From positions 10,425-74,424 of the forward strand of contig JAWBXD010000001.1 in NCBI GenBank assembly GCA_038868055.1: a stretch of 64,000 nucleotides of DNA, written 5' to 3'. A program made the translations under genes and the position numbers. Positions 35,741 to 45,609 of this stretch are shown here, piece by piece. Source of the stretch: Candidatus Bathyarchaeia archaeon. GTDB taxonomy: Archaea; Thermoproteota; Bathyarchaeia; Bathyarchaeales; Bathycorpusculaceae. The notes under the pieces were generated by a model. The model saw only the letters and a list, made by a program, of their open reading frames with translations. It was not told the DNA's origin and searched no databases. Positions within the stretch are counted from its first letter, which is position 1, and each line of letters begins with the position of its first letter.

Positions 35741-38407
35741 TCACATGAAGCGTTCCAGTTTTGTCAACCCGATTATTTCTTCGAAGTCTAAGCCTAACGC
35801 GTCTAGGACTTGGTCGAAGGTTGAATGCAAATAGGCTATGTACTTGTCCACGTCTATCTCGTTTTTTGTTGCCAGCTCAACCGGCTTCACGTGAGGCTCG
35901 TCAACGACCTTAACAAAACTTATCAGGTCACCTGCCTTGAGTTCTATCCCACTATCTTTGAGGATTTTTGCTGCCTTCACATGTTGGGGTGTTGTTTTTG
36001 TGTAGCGTTCAAGTTCTTCGCCTAAGACCACGTTGAAGGCAAGTTCATCCAAGCTTTCCCATTCCCTTCTTTTTAGACGGATATAGCAGTCTCGAATTAT
36101 TTGCATTATTTCTTTTTTCGCCCTTTCAAAGTCTACAGGGTTTTTCACGGTGGCTAATTGTTCCTTCATTTTGTCGAAAGCCTTTTTGATGAATATGGGT
36201 ATGTGACGTTTCTTGCCGGTCAAGCCTTTCACGTCGACGCTTCCGTCCTCCAAAACGCCTAGATAGTTCTTTTTGCGGGAGCTGAAAACCGCGTAGCGGT
36301 AAACCTTGTCCACGTCCAAGCCCATTTTAAGCGTTTTTTCAGCCCAATCTTCGAGAGCTTGTATCTGTTCCCTGGTAGGGTTTTTTAGGAAGACGCTGTC
36401 GGTGTCGCCGTAAAGCACTTGAATGCCCAACTCCTCTGCCTTCTTGATTATTTGGGTTATAGAGTGTCTGCCTACAGCAGCGGTGGCTTCAGCCACTGGC
36501 GGACAGTAGAGGTCGAAGGTTTCTGCGCCGAAAACTCCGTAGCTGGCGTTCAAAATCACTTTCAAAGCGCCTTGGATTATGTTATACCAGCTTCTAAGCT
36601 CCGGCGGCAAATTTTTATCCCTTGATTTGGGCTTGTACCAGTAAACCCGCAGGTCTCGCAACGCGCCGATCAACAGGCTTTCTAAAGCGCGTTTTTTGCG
36701 GCAAACCCAGTGGGGGGTGTCTGGCACAATGTTTGACTGGCATTCTGGATGGCTGCACAAAATTGACTGATAGCCAAGGTTCCAAACCTTTATTATGGAT
36801 GGGTATAGGCTTGGGAAGTCCATTACGGCTACGTTGAAGTGAACGCCTGGCACGGGTTCGACGACTATGGCACCCTTGTACTTTTTGCCCTTAATTATGG
36901 CTTTCGTGGCTGTTTTGCCTTTTAAGGCTAGGATGTCTTCCGCGTTTGGGATCAACATGCCTTTCCGGCGGTGTTCACGGTGCATGAAGTTTCTTATCCA
37001 GCGTGAAACACCTTGTCGGCTTACGTCTTCCATGGGCATGCTGCTTATCCTAGTCAAAACGAGGATCAGCTTCAAAACAAGCTCGTCGTCGAAGCTTGTA
37101 AGCTTGTAAGTGATTTCTGCGTCTCTGAAGCAGTATTTGGCAAGTTCCGTGTAGGTTAGTTCTCCTATACTCTTTTCCAGCGGTATTTTTTCCAAGCCTA
37201 TTAGGGCTTTTCCAACATCGCCCAAAGTAACGTCGCGATAGCGGTTGTTGAAGGCGTAGATTTGAATGGAGCGGTTAAAGAAGAACTTGTAAAGGTCTAT
37301 ATGCACGCCATATTTCAGCAAGCAAACGCGTTTGCCGAGCTCTATTGGAATTTCATCCCTTTTGAAGCCGAATTTTTCTGCTCTGTGCGCTAAATACCGC
37401 AGGTCAAAGTCGTCGCCGTTGAAGGTGATGATGAATGGGTAATCCCACAAGACGCCAAAAACAGCTTTTATTAACGCTTCTTCAGAATCGTAAAACTCCA
37501 TTTTAACATCTGCAGGCAAACGCTCCGCGCCTTCACGCACACCCACACGTTTTAAAAGGAGCACCCGTTTCTGCCCGTCTGAACCATAAACTGAAATGCA
37601 AACTATTGGGTATTCTGCGACGCGGGGGTCTGGCATGCGCGTGGGAACTGGCGACTGCACTTCAATGTCTATGGCGGCGTAGCGAAACTTTGGCGCCGGA
37701 TATTCCAACAGCCTAGCCCACTGTTCAATGTATTCAAGCTCTTCGGCGTTTGCGTCTTTAAACGTGCTGACAATTTGCTTGACCATCGTTTCCGCTTCGT
37801 CCAAAAATGTTTGAACAAGACTGCCGTTCTTAACTTCGTAAACCATGCCCGGCAAAAGCCCACGGTCATAAATGTAGGATTGGTAATACTTTATTTTGGC
37901 TTCCCAAACCTTAATGGACTCAGCTGGCGCTGGCACAACCTTCGGAAAATCTTCCGGAATAATGTCCCTAATACAGCCTTTTGGGCGTCCGCCAATAGCC
38001 AACGGATCTTTAGCCACAACTTTTGTAACAGTGACTGCTCTGTCCAGAAGGGGGTTGTATTTTTCCTCAATTTCAAGGTGGTCGAAGCCAGGATGCTTAA
38101 CCAACCGGTCAATTTTTTCCAGCTCGAGAGGTGAAAGGTTAGTGTAGCAGTATGGCTTATGTCCAGTGTTATCGTACCAAAAATAGATCCGCCCAGAAAC
38201 AGGCTCGTACAGTTTTATCACAGCCTTGCCGACTTTCCCGTCGTAGGTGGCTGAGACAAAATAGGATTGTGGGAGATTTTCCGGAGCCTCAAAGCGGCGT
38301 CGCTCCTCCTCCAAGGCTTTCGTGAATGGGAGAGTTTCCCCTTCTTTTTCTTTCGGTTTTGTTTCCTGCGTTGAGAACTCGTCGAGCCGCTTCTGGGTCA
38401 ACTTCAT
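35741..38407 (-). CDS. polB: Family B DNA polymerase (PolB)
   Basis: 888 aa. Exo I AIDIEV, Pol motifs DFPSLYPSII, KVILNASYG and VLYGDTDSVFL. No intein-sized insertion seen. Confidence 0.95.
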   Translation of the reverse strand: MKLTQKRLDEFSTQETKPKEKEGETLPFTKALEEERRRFEAPENLPQSYFVSATYDGKVGKAVIKLYEPVSGRIYFWYDNTGHKPYCYTNLSPLELEKIDRLVKHPGFDHLEIEEKYNPLLDRAVTVTKVVAKDPLAIGGRPKGCIRDIIPEDFPKVVPAPAESIKVWEAKIKYYQSYIYDRGLLPGMVYEVKNGSLVQTFLDEAETMVKQIVSTFKDANAEELEYIEQWARLLEYPAPKFRYAAIDIEVQSPVPTRMPDPRVAEYPIVCISVYGSDGQKRVLLLKRVGVREGAERLPADVKMEFYDSEEALIKAVFGVLWDYPFIITFNGDDFDLRYLAHRAEKFGFKRDEIPIELGKRVCLLKYGVHIDLYKFFFNRSIQIYAFNNRYRDVTLGDVGKALIGLEKIPLEKSIGELTYTELAKYCFRDAEITYKLTSFDDELVLKLILVLTRISSMPMEDVSRQGVSRWIRNFMHREHRRKGMLIPNAEDILALKGKTATKAIIKGKKYKGAIVVEPVPGVHFNVAVMDFPSLYPSIIKVWNLGYQSILCSHPECQSNIVPDTPHWVCRKKRALESLLIGALRDLRVYWYKPKSRDKNLPPELRSWYNIIQGALKVILNASYGVFGAETFDLYCPPVAEATAAVGRHSITQIIKKAEELGIQVLYGDTDSVFLKNPTREQIQALEDWAEKTLKMGLDVDKVYRYAVFSSRKKNYLGVLEDGSVDVKGLTGKKRHIPIFIKKAFDKMKEQLATVKNPVDFERAKKEIMQIIRDCYIRLKRREWESLDELAFNVVLGEELERYTKTTPQHVKAAKILKDSGIELKAGDLISFVKVVDEPHVKPVELATKNEIDVDKYIAYLHSTFDQVLDALGLDFEEIIGLTKLERFM

Positions 38408-38477
38408 TCCTTAACCTAACTTTTAATATGTGTTGGGTGGACTAAAATCTTACTAAGCCTGGCTAGGATGGTGAAGC

Positions 38478-39830
38478 TTGCTAAAGGAAGCTTGGACTTT
38501 AGCCATTGAAGCCCTAAGCTGGATGGAGAAGGAGCGTATAAGCGAACGCTTAGCCTTGGCTCGAACAGCCAAACAGTTAGAGATAAGCGGCGTGGACGCT
38601 TTGCGGCTAGCTCACGGGCTTGTCTGCGAAACAGTGAGACGACGCAACATGATAGACCGCTTCATAAACGAGGTCTTGAAACCAAAGGCCTTAAGCGATT
38701 TCTCTTTTGGTGTCCAGTCTTTTTTGAGACTTTACGTCTACCAGACCCGCGTAGCGAAAAACTGGGATAAAGTGGACTTGGAAGAAGCCAAAAACGTGGC
38801 TAGGCTGGCTCGTTCAATCTTAGGGTGGAGAACCCTACAGCCCATTGAGCCTTATCTTGGATTGTTGTTAACTGAAAGCCCAAAAATCCTATTTAGAAGC
38901 GTAGGCGACGAGGAACGAGTCGGTCTCTCAACCTATCATCCAACGTGGTTTGTGCGGTACTGCTTCCGACTTTTTGGAAGAAGTGAAGCCCTAGCCTTTT
39001 TGGAGGCAAGCGCCAAAACCCCACCTACATACATAAGGCTGAACACCATCAAGGCATGTGAGGACGAGATTCTGAAAAGACTTGAAGAGGAAAAGGTTAA
39101 AGTGGAAAAGGTTGAGGGGTTGCGTTATGCTTACAAAGTTTTAGGCGCCAAGCATCCCTTAACCAGAACTAAAAGCTTCCATGAAGGCTTGTTCTATATA
39201 CAGGATAAGGCAAGCTGTTATGCTGCTGAAGTGGCAGATCCTAAGCCTGGCATGGTGCTTTTAGATGTTTGTGCGGCGCCGGGCGCCAAAACCACTTATT
39301 TGGCTCAGCTTATGCAGAATCGCGGTGTAATTTACTCCATAGATTATTCGAGGCGCAGAATGAACACGTGGAAAAGCGAGGTTGCGCGTATGGGTGTGGA
39401 AATTGCCGAGCCGGTGATTGCTGATGCATGTAATCCCTTGCCGATAGCTGTGGAAGCTGACATGGTGGTTTTAGACCCGCCGTGTACAAGCACTGGAGCC
39501 TTCGCCAAGATTCCATCTGCCAAGTGGAGGCTTACCGTCCGTTCAGCCGAAAAGATGGCTGAAATCCAGTGGCAGATGCTGGAAAACTGCTCTGAAAAAC
39601 TGAAGCCCGGCGGCGTGCTTTTTTACTCCACATGCAGCATAACAGTTGAAGAAAATGAGATGCTGATTGAACGTTTTCTGAAATGGCATCCAGAGTTTCA
39701 GCTAGCCGAAATAACTCCAAAAATTGGACTGCCCGGACTTAGAGGCTTAACAAAATGCCAAAGGCTTTATCCTCACAGGCACGAATGTAACGGCTTCTTT
39801 ATCGCAAAATTGTTAAGAAGCAAGACATGA
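38478..39830 (+). CDS. NOL1/NOP2/Sun (RsmB-like) RNA m5C methyltransferase
   Basis: SAM site LDVCAAPGAKTT, catalytic DPPCTSTG and YSTCS motifs. N-terminal NusB-like region. Confidence 0.88.
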   Translation: MLKEAWTLAIEALSWMEKERISERLALARTAKQLEISGVDALRLAHGLVCETVRRRNMIDRFINEVLKPKALSDFSFGVQSFLRLYVYQTRVAKNWDKVDLEEAKNVARLARSILGWRTLQPIEPYLGLLLTESPKILFRSVGDEERVGLSTYHPTWFVRYCFRLFGRSEALAFLEASAKTPPTYIRLNTIKACEDEILKRLEEEKVKVEKVEGLRYAYKVLGAKHPLTRTKSFHEGLFYIQDKASCYAAEVADPKPGMVLLDVCAAPGAKTTYLAQLMQNRGVIYSIDYSRRRMNTWKSEVARMGVEIAEPVIADACNPLPIAVEADMVVLDPPCTSTGAFAKIPSAKWRLTVRSAEKMAEIQWQMLENCSEKLKPGGVLFYSTCSITVEENEMLIERFLKWHPEFQLAEITPKIGLPGLRGLTKCQRLYPHRHECNGFFIAKLLRSKT

Positions 39831-39848
39831 CGAGGCACTGGGTCTCCT

Positions 39849-40748
39849 TTAACCTTTCCTCGCCTTTTCTACACCGCACAGCATCTCAAAAATCACTTTT
39901 GCCGCTTGTATGGCTGTAACTCCTTGGTCAAAGTTCGGCGTCACCTCCACAACGTCGAAACCCACCACACGCCTGTCGCAGACACCGCCCAAAATATCCA
40001 AAAGCGTGGACGTGTCCAAGCCGTCTGGTTCGGGATTTTGCACCGCCGGGGCGAAAGCTGGGTCAAGAGCATCCATGTCTACGGACAAGTATATGTTTCG
40101 GCACTTTTCCAGCTTTTTCAAGAGCTGGTTTACGATTTCATTGCCGCCGCTTTTTCTTGTTTGATGTGCCGTGAAAAACTCTATTCCAACTTTTTTGGCA
40201 TATTTAAGTTCTTCTTTGCAGACAGCTCTTGTCCCCACCTCCAAGATTTTAGCGGGTTTTAGCTGTTCATTTACTCTTCGCATAAAGGTGGTGTGCGAAA
40301 GCCTCAAATCCATGAACTCGTTGCGAAGGTCTAGGTGAGCGTCAAAACTGACAATGGCGGTTTGCGAAAAATCAACATCCAAACCTTTCAAAACGCCCAA
40401 TGTTACGGTGTGTTCGCCCCCAACCACAACAGGCATTTTTCCAGCTTCTCTAATCTCTCTAACAACTTTTGCAAGTCTTCCAAGCGTTTGCTCCGTGTCT
40501 GTGGAGACATGCAAGTCTCCCAAGTCATGGATTCGCAGGTCTTCCAAGTCTATGCCGCTTCGGAAGCTGTAGGTTTCAATGTTTAGGGAAGCCGTCCTAA
40601 TAGCATTTGGACCAAACCGTGCACCAGTTCTAAAAGTGCTTGTCACATCGAAGGGTACGCCTAAAACCACGTAGTCAGCGTCTTCAAAAGCCTTTTGAAA
40701 ACCGCTGAAAACATTTGACTGGGAAATGAAAAGCTCTCGAAAGCCCAT
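39849..40748 (-). CDS. speB: Agmatinase (arginase/ureohydrolase family)
   Basis: Mn-binding motifs GGEHT, SFDAHLDL and SVDMDALDP. 299 aa. Confidence 0.88.
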   Translation of the reverse strand: MGFRELFISQSNVFSGFQKAFEDADYVVLGVPFDVTSTFRTGARFGPNAIRTASLNIETYSFRSGIDLEDLRIHDLGDLHVSTDTEQTLGRLAKVVREIREAGKMPVVVGGEHTVTLGVLKGLDVDFSQTAIVSFDAHLDLRNEFMDLRLSHTTFMRRVNEQLKPAKILEVGTRAVCKEELKYAKKVGIEFFTAHQTRKSGGNEIVNQLLKKLEKCRNIYLSVDMDALDPAFAPAVQNPEPDGLDTSTLLDILGGVCDRRVVGFDVVEVTPNFDQGVTAIQAAKVIFEMLCGVEKARKG

Positions 40749-40839
40749 TCACATGCTTCCTTCAGTTTTTGTTGTAGAATTCACCCTTTAAACTCTAAAC
40801 TCTTTCGCCTAAGAAGACAGCAGATTCTAGAGTAAAATG

Positions 40840-42534
40840 TTAGATGCTTGAAACTAGGAAGGTTTTAGCTGATGTAGCGCGTTTTCGCCCCTTCAAGTAG
40901 TAGGCTGTAGAAGCCAAAATGGCGAAGATAGCCAGCACTGCAAGTGCAAGCCAATGCAATGGAATACCAGTGAAGCCTTCAGCTATGACCGCCTTAACAA
41001 CATAAAAGCTTTCCGTTGACCTTACAACGTTTCCAGATTTGTCAGCGCATTCAACAAGAAAAGTCACGGTTACGCCTTCTTCAAATCCCGGAATGACAGC
41101 TGTCCAGTTGCCCTCTTGTGAAGACATAGACGTTTTTTGCCACTCTTTGCCTAAACGTCTAAACCACAAAAAGACGTTTTCTATTCCACTGCCCTCTTCA
41201 GTTATTTCGGCGTAAACAGTAACGGTTTTGTTGGTTGTAGGTGTCTCCGGCGTCCATGTCACGCTGTCTATTTTTGGCGCCGTGTTGTCCACTGTGACGG
41301 TTATCTGTTTTTCAGCTTTGTTTCCAGCCTTGTCCACAGCCGCCAACACTATTCTGCACTCGCCGTCACCGAACTCTGTAGTATTCCAAGCGTAAATTTG
41401 ATTAGCTACGTTCCAGACTTTAATCTCATTTTTTCCAAAAGTCTCTATTTTCAGTTCTATGCTTTCGAAGTTGGCGTCACCAGCTTGGACTTCGATTAGC
41501 ACCAACCCTCTAACGAAGCTTTTGTCAAGAGGTCGCAGGATTTCAGCGGTGGGCGCCGTGTTGTCTACTGTTATGGAAATGACGTTTTCCACCTTGTTTC
41601 CAGCCTTGTCCACAGCTTCCAGTTTCAGTTCGTGAACGCCGTCGCTGAACATTGTGGTGTCAAGCTCATAAGTGTAGGTGCATGTTTGGTTCAATGAAGC
41701 TAGAACCGTTCCGTCAAACATCAGTTTGGCTGTACAGAAATTATCGTCATACAGGTAAAATGTGACATCTGCGGTTTTCGACACAAAACTTCCATTTTTA
41801 GGAAACTGAAACATGGCGACTGGCACATATTTATCTTCAACATTATAGGAGTACACGTCTAAAGAGAGAGTGTTCCCCGCATGGTCAACGGCGGAAACTT
41901 TGTATTGAACAGTTGTCCCATAGGGAAACTCAGGAATAGTCGCCTTATACAGTGTTCCATAAGGCTCCATAACAATGGTTGTCCAATTTCCACCGTTCCA
42001 ATAGGTTAGGCGAAGCTCTTTAACGCCGCTGGCGTCGGCTGGCTCCGTCGCGTTGGCGAACACCGTAACAGTGTCATTATAGCTGGGTTGGAATGGAAAC
42101 TGCTGAATGAAGGTTATAACCGGAGGGTGAAAGTCGCCCACTACATAAGCGTGTTCACCAGAACACGCCTTGTTTCCAGCCTTATCGTAAGCGCAAACTC
42201 TGTAGGCCACCGTTGAATTGTAGGGCAAGGCTGGAATTTCAGCAAAGAACAGGCTGCCATTTCGGCTCATGGCAATTTTAATTGTTTGTCCATCATTAAC
42301 TGTGCAGTATATAGTTGCATTGGCAACTCCGCTCCCAAAATCCGTAACGTAGGCTAAAACCAAAACATTATCCTCATAGTCTGGAATCTGCGGGTGCTGC
42401 ATAACCCAATGAATTTTCGGAGGTTTACGGTCCCGGCGAGTACACCCGCTGACAGATGGTGCATAAATCAAAACAACAACAATCAACCCTATCAAAACGG
42501 CTACAAGCATGGTGGGACCTTTGAGTTTGGACAT
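40840..42534 (-). CDS. Repeat-rich cell-surface protein with N-terminal signal/lipobox-like sequence and C-terminal TM anchor
   Basis: N-terminus ...LIYAPSVSGC. Five D(K/H)(A/S)GN-containing Ig-like modules, two ending VDNTAP. C-terminus LHWLALAVLAIFAILASTAYYLKGRKR. Confidence 0.7.
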   Translation of the reverse strand: MSKLKGPTMLVAVLIGLIVVVLIYAPSVSGCTRRDRKPPKIHWVMQHPQIPDYEDNVLVLAYVTDFGSGVANATIYCTVNDGQTIKIAMSRNGSLFFAEIPALPYNSTVAYRVCAYDKAGNKACSGEHAYVVGDFHPPVITFIQQFPFQPSYNDTVTVFANATEPADASGVKELRLTYWNGGNWTTIVMEPYGTLYKATIPEFPYGTTVQYKVSAVDHAGNTLSLDVYSYNVEDKYVPVAMFQFPKNGSFVSKTADVTFYLYDDNFCTAKLMFDGTVLASLNQTCTYTYELDTTMFSDGVHELKLEAVDKAGNKVENVISITVDNTAPTAEILRPLDKSFVRGLVLIEVQAGDANFESIELKIETFGKNEIKVWNVANQIYAWNTTEFGDGECRIVLAAVDKAGNKAEKQITVTVDNTAPKIDSVTWTPETPTTNKTVTVYAEITEEGSGIENVFLWFRRLGKEWQKTSMSSQEGNWTAVIPGFEEGVTVTFLVECADKSGNVVRSTESFYVVKAVIAEGFTGIPLHWLALAVLAIFAILASTAYYLKGRKRATSAKTFLVSSI

Positions 42535-42687
42535 GGTCTTCTCCTTTCTCCAAGAGCAAAGCAGACACCATGCCTATAAAAAGGGTATTTCAAGACGGAA
42601 ATATCCCAAGCATACAAAACAGCGTCCAGAAAAAGGCATATAACTAATAAGTTAGAATGATTCTCAATTAATGCATCAACCTCGCAG

Positions 42688-43056
42688 GTGACAGGTGTGA
42701 GCTTAAAGTCAAAGTTGAAAATTGAAGACACCGGAATTTTTGCTGCTTCAATCTTCCACATAGCCGTGGGGATCACTTGTTTTGTCGCCCTCACCACCGT
42801 GGACCATGGATTAATTCACATAGGGCTTATTGGTGTAATAAGTCTAGCCACGGCCTACGGTCTGCTTCAAGGGAGAAGTTGGGCTCTTTGGAGCATTTTT
42901 GTCGCAACCTTTATGGCCACGGTTTTAGCGTTTTCCATGCTTTACTACACTATGGGAAGCGACATACTAATTGACACAGCCATGATTGTTTATACAATCC
43001 TAACTTGGATATTCACGGTTTACGTAACCTCAAAAAGAAAGAAACTTGAATTTTAG
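42688..43056 (+). CDS. Membrane protein (4 TM), unknown function
   Basis: 122 aa, GTG start, four hydrophobic helices, basic C-terminus SKRKKLEF. Confidence 0.5.
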   Translation: MTGVSLKSKLKIEDTGIFAASIFHIAVGITCFVALTTVDHGLIHIGLIGVISLATAYGLLQGRSWALWSIFVATFMATVLAFSMLYYTMGSDILIDTAMIVYTILTWIFTVYVTSKRKKLEF

Positions 43057-43059
43057 GGC

Positions 43060-44307
43060 TTAACCTGCATTCTGCGCCTTTTTGAAAAGATAAACGGTAA
43101 TCTCCTCATTTTCCTCCACAAACTGCTGGTTTTCTGGAATTTCGATAAAGCCGTCAGCTTTTAAAAGGGTTGTTATGGCGCCTGAAAGCCCTGTTGGGAC
43201 AGGTTCAGCCATTAGACAGTCGCCCTCCTTCCTAAGTTTAACTGTGACAAACGTTTTCCTCCCCTTCGCCGGAAACATACGCGTGGAAGCCAAAGCCTTC
43301 ACAGTAACGTAATTCGTGGACTCTTTCCCCGCCATCTGCTCTATCACTGGACGCACCAACAGGTGGAAAACAAGCAACGCGGAGGCCGGATGCCCCGGTA
43401 GGGCGAAAACAAGTTTTCCGTCAACCACAGCCACTGTTGTTGGTTTCCCCGGTTTTATAGCTATTCCACAGACAATGACACCAGGTTTTCCAAGCCGGCT
43501 TAGAGCTGTTGGCGTAACATCCCTTGGGCCAACCGAGACTCCTCCAGAAGTTACAACAATGTCAGCTGAAACCAAAGCCGTTTTTAATGCTCTTTCCAGT
43601 TCCGTCACCTCGTCCGGAAAAACTCCAAGGTAAACTGGCTTTCCGCCGCTTTCTCGAACAGCCGCGCTCAGGCTGTAGGCGTTTATGTCATAAATTTTTC
43701 CGGGCATGAGGGGTTTTCCGGGTTCTATTACTTCTGCACCTGTAGAGAGAACAGCCACTTTTGGAATCTTGTAGACTTTCACTTTGGCCCGTCCGACCGC
43801 GGCTATGGCGCCTATTTCTCTTGAAGTTAGAAGTTGGCCCTGTCGTGCCACGGTTTCGCCCTTTTTCATGTCTGCTCCTGCTTTCATAATGTTTTCATCT
43901 TTTGCTACCGTTGTGTAAATGTAGATTTCATTGTTTTTTCGCTCCGTATTCTCAAGCATAACAACCGCATCTGCTCCCTCGGGTATAGGCGCACCGGTCA
44001 CTATCTCGGCGGCGGTTCCATGCCCAACTTTGACTTTTGGTTTTTCCCCAACGTTCACCGTTCCGCACAGCTTCAGTTTTACAGGCCTATTTTCGTCAGC
44101 CCCGAGGGTATCCTCGGCTTTTACCGCGTAGCCGTCCACTGTTGAACGGCTGAAAGGCGGGACGTCGATTTCCGCCACGACGTCTTCGGCTAAAACGCGG
44201 TTAAAAGCCCACAACAAAGAGGTTTCTTCGACGCCTAGGGGTTTGATTTCGAAATGCTTTTGTATTACCTGTTTTGCCTCTTCGATGTTTAACAGTCTCC
44301 TAAACAT
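43060..44307 (-). CDS. moeA: Molybdopterin molybdotransferase MoeA (paralog 1)
   Basis: PPFSRSTVDGYAV, VLSTGAEV and TSGGVSVGPRD motifs. ATG at 44307 overlaps the upstream moeA stop in ATGTTTAG. Confidence 0.9.
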   Translation of the reverse strand: MFRRLLNIEEAKQVIQKHFEIKPLGVEETSLLWAFNRVLAEDVVAEIDVPPFSRSTVDGYAVKAEDTLGADENRPVKLKLCGTVNVGEKPKVKVGHGTAAEIVTGAPIPEGADAVVMLENTERKNNEIYIYTTVAKDENIMKAGADMKKGETVARQGQLLTSREIGAIAAVGRAKVKVYKIPKVAVLSTGAEVIEPGKPLMPGKIYDINAYSLSAAVRESGGKPVYLGVFPDEVTELERALKTALVSADIVVTSGGVSVGPRDVTPTALSRLGKPGVIVCGIAIKPGKPTTVAVVDGKLVFALPGHPASALLVFHLLVRPVIEQMAGKESTNYVTVKALASTRMFPAKGRKTFVTVKLRKEGDCLMAEPVPTGLSGAITTLLKADGFIEIPENQQFVEENEEITVYLFKKAQNAG

Positions 44308-45556
44308 CTTCACCGGAAGCCTCCACGTTGTCGAAGAGATGCACAAGCACTGTTTCGTCCTTCTCTAAGCCCTCGCGGTTTTCTGGAACAACTATGTACC
44401 CATTAGCTTTGGTCATTGTGGAAAATACGCCTGAACCTCTTGTACTTATCGGCTCAGCGTAAAACTCGCCGTCACGCTGGAAAACAAGTACCCGGACAAA
44501 GGTTTTTCTGCCAAGGGCTGTTGGCGTTCTCCGTGTCAGCTTCGCCTTCACCAAAGGTCTAGACTCGTGCTCTGCTCCCAGCATTTTAAGGATTAGGGGT
44601 CTGGCGAAAACTTCAAAGCCGAACATGGCCGCGACCGGGTTGCCTGAAAGCATTATTATGGGCTTGTTGTTTACCACGGCGAGGGCTGTCGGCATAGCTG
44701 GGCGCATGGCGATTCCATGAACTATCACGCCGGGCGTGCCTAGGCTGCTTATAGCTGCAGGAACAAGGTCTAATGCACCCACACTGGTGCCGCCCGTTGT
44801 TACAACCATTTCAGCTTTTTCTAGTCCAAGTCTGATTTTTTCCGAAATTTCCGCCACATTGTCCTTTGCTATTCCCAAGTCAACTGGTTCAGCGCCGAGT
44901 TCACGGCATAACGAGGCTATAACTAGCCTATTAACTTCGAAGACTTGGTCTTCTTTGGGTGTCTGCCCCACTTCTACAAGCTCGTTTCCAGTGGCAAGAA
45001 TTGCCACTTTAGGCTTTTCGTATACGCGTACTCGGCTTTTGCCCAAAGCGGCTATAAGCCCCAGATGATGAGGTTTTAAGCGCGTTCCAGCTTTAACCGC
45101 CACTTCGCCTCTCGCCACATCTTCACCTTTTCTTGAGACATTTTCTCCGGGCGCAACTGCAGCCAAAACCCATATTTCGTTGTCGCTAACGCGTTTAGCG
45201 TGTTCCAACATTAAAATGGCATCTGCGCCCTTCGGAAGAGGGCTCCCAGTCCAAACCTGTTTAGCTTCTCCACTTTTTATTTCGTCGCCTTGGGTCAGCT
45301 TCAAGGCTTTTGGTTTGAACTGCGAAGAGCCAAAGGTGTCTTCGGCTTTTACGGCGTAGCCATCCACGGCTGAGCGGTCAAATCTTGGCAAATCCTCCTC
45401 CGCCGCAATGTCTTCGGCTAAGACACGGTTAAAAGCTTCATGCAAGGAAACCGTCACAGTTTTCCTCTTAATTCTCAAGTTATCGAACAGTTTTTGCTTT
45501 GCTTTCTCGACTGTTACGAGCCTTTGGAAGCCTTTAAGCCTAACCAGCATGGACAC
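44300..45556 (-). CDS. moeA: Molybdopterin molybdotransferase MoeA (paralog 2)
   Basis: LPRFDRSAVDGYAV, ILATGNEL and TTGGTSVGALD. 418 aa. Confidence 0.9.
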   Translation of the reverse strand: MSMLVRLKGFQRLVTVEKAKQKLFDNLRIKRKTVTVSLHEAFNRVLAEDIAAEEDLPRFDRSAVDGYAVKAEDTFGSSQFKPKALKLTQGDEIKSGEAKQVWTGSPLPKGADAILMLEHAKRVSDNEIWVLAAVAPGENVSRKGEDVARGEVAVKAGTRLKPHHLGLIAALGKSRVRVYEKPKVAILATGNELVEVGQTPKEDQVFEVNRLVIASLCRELGAEPVDLGIAKDNVAEISEKIRLGLEKAEMVVTTGGTSVGALDLVPAAISSLGTPGVIVHGIAMRPAMPTALAVVNNKPIIMLSGNPVAAMFGFEVFARPLILKMLGAEHESRPLVKAKLTRRTPTALGRKTFVRVLVFQRDGEFYAEPISTRGSGVFSTMTKANGYIVVPENREGLEKDETVLVHLFDNVEASGEDV

Positions 45557-45609
45557 CTACAAAAAGCACACATGCTTTGCTGAAAAAGGTATCGCTGACT
45601 CCCAAAATT

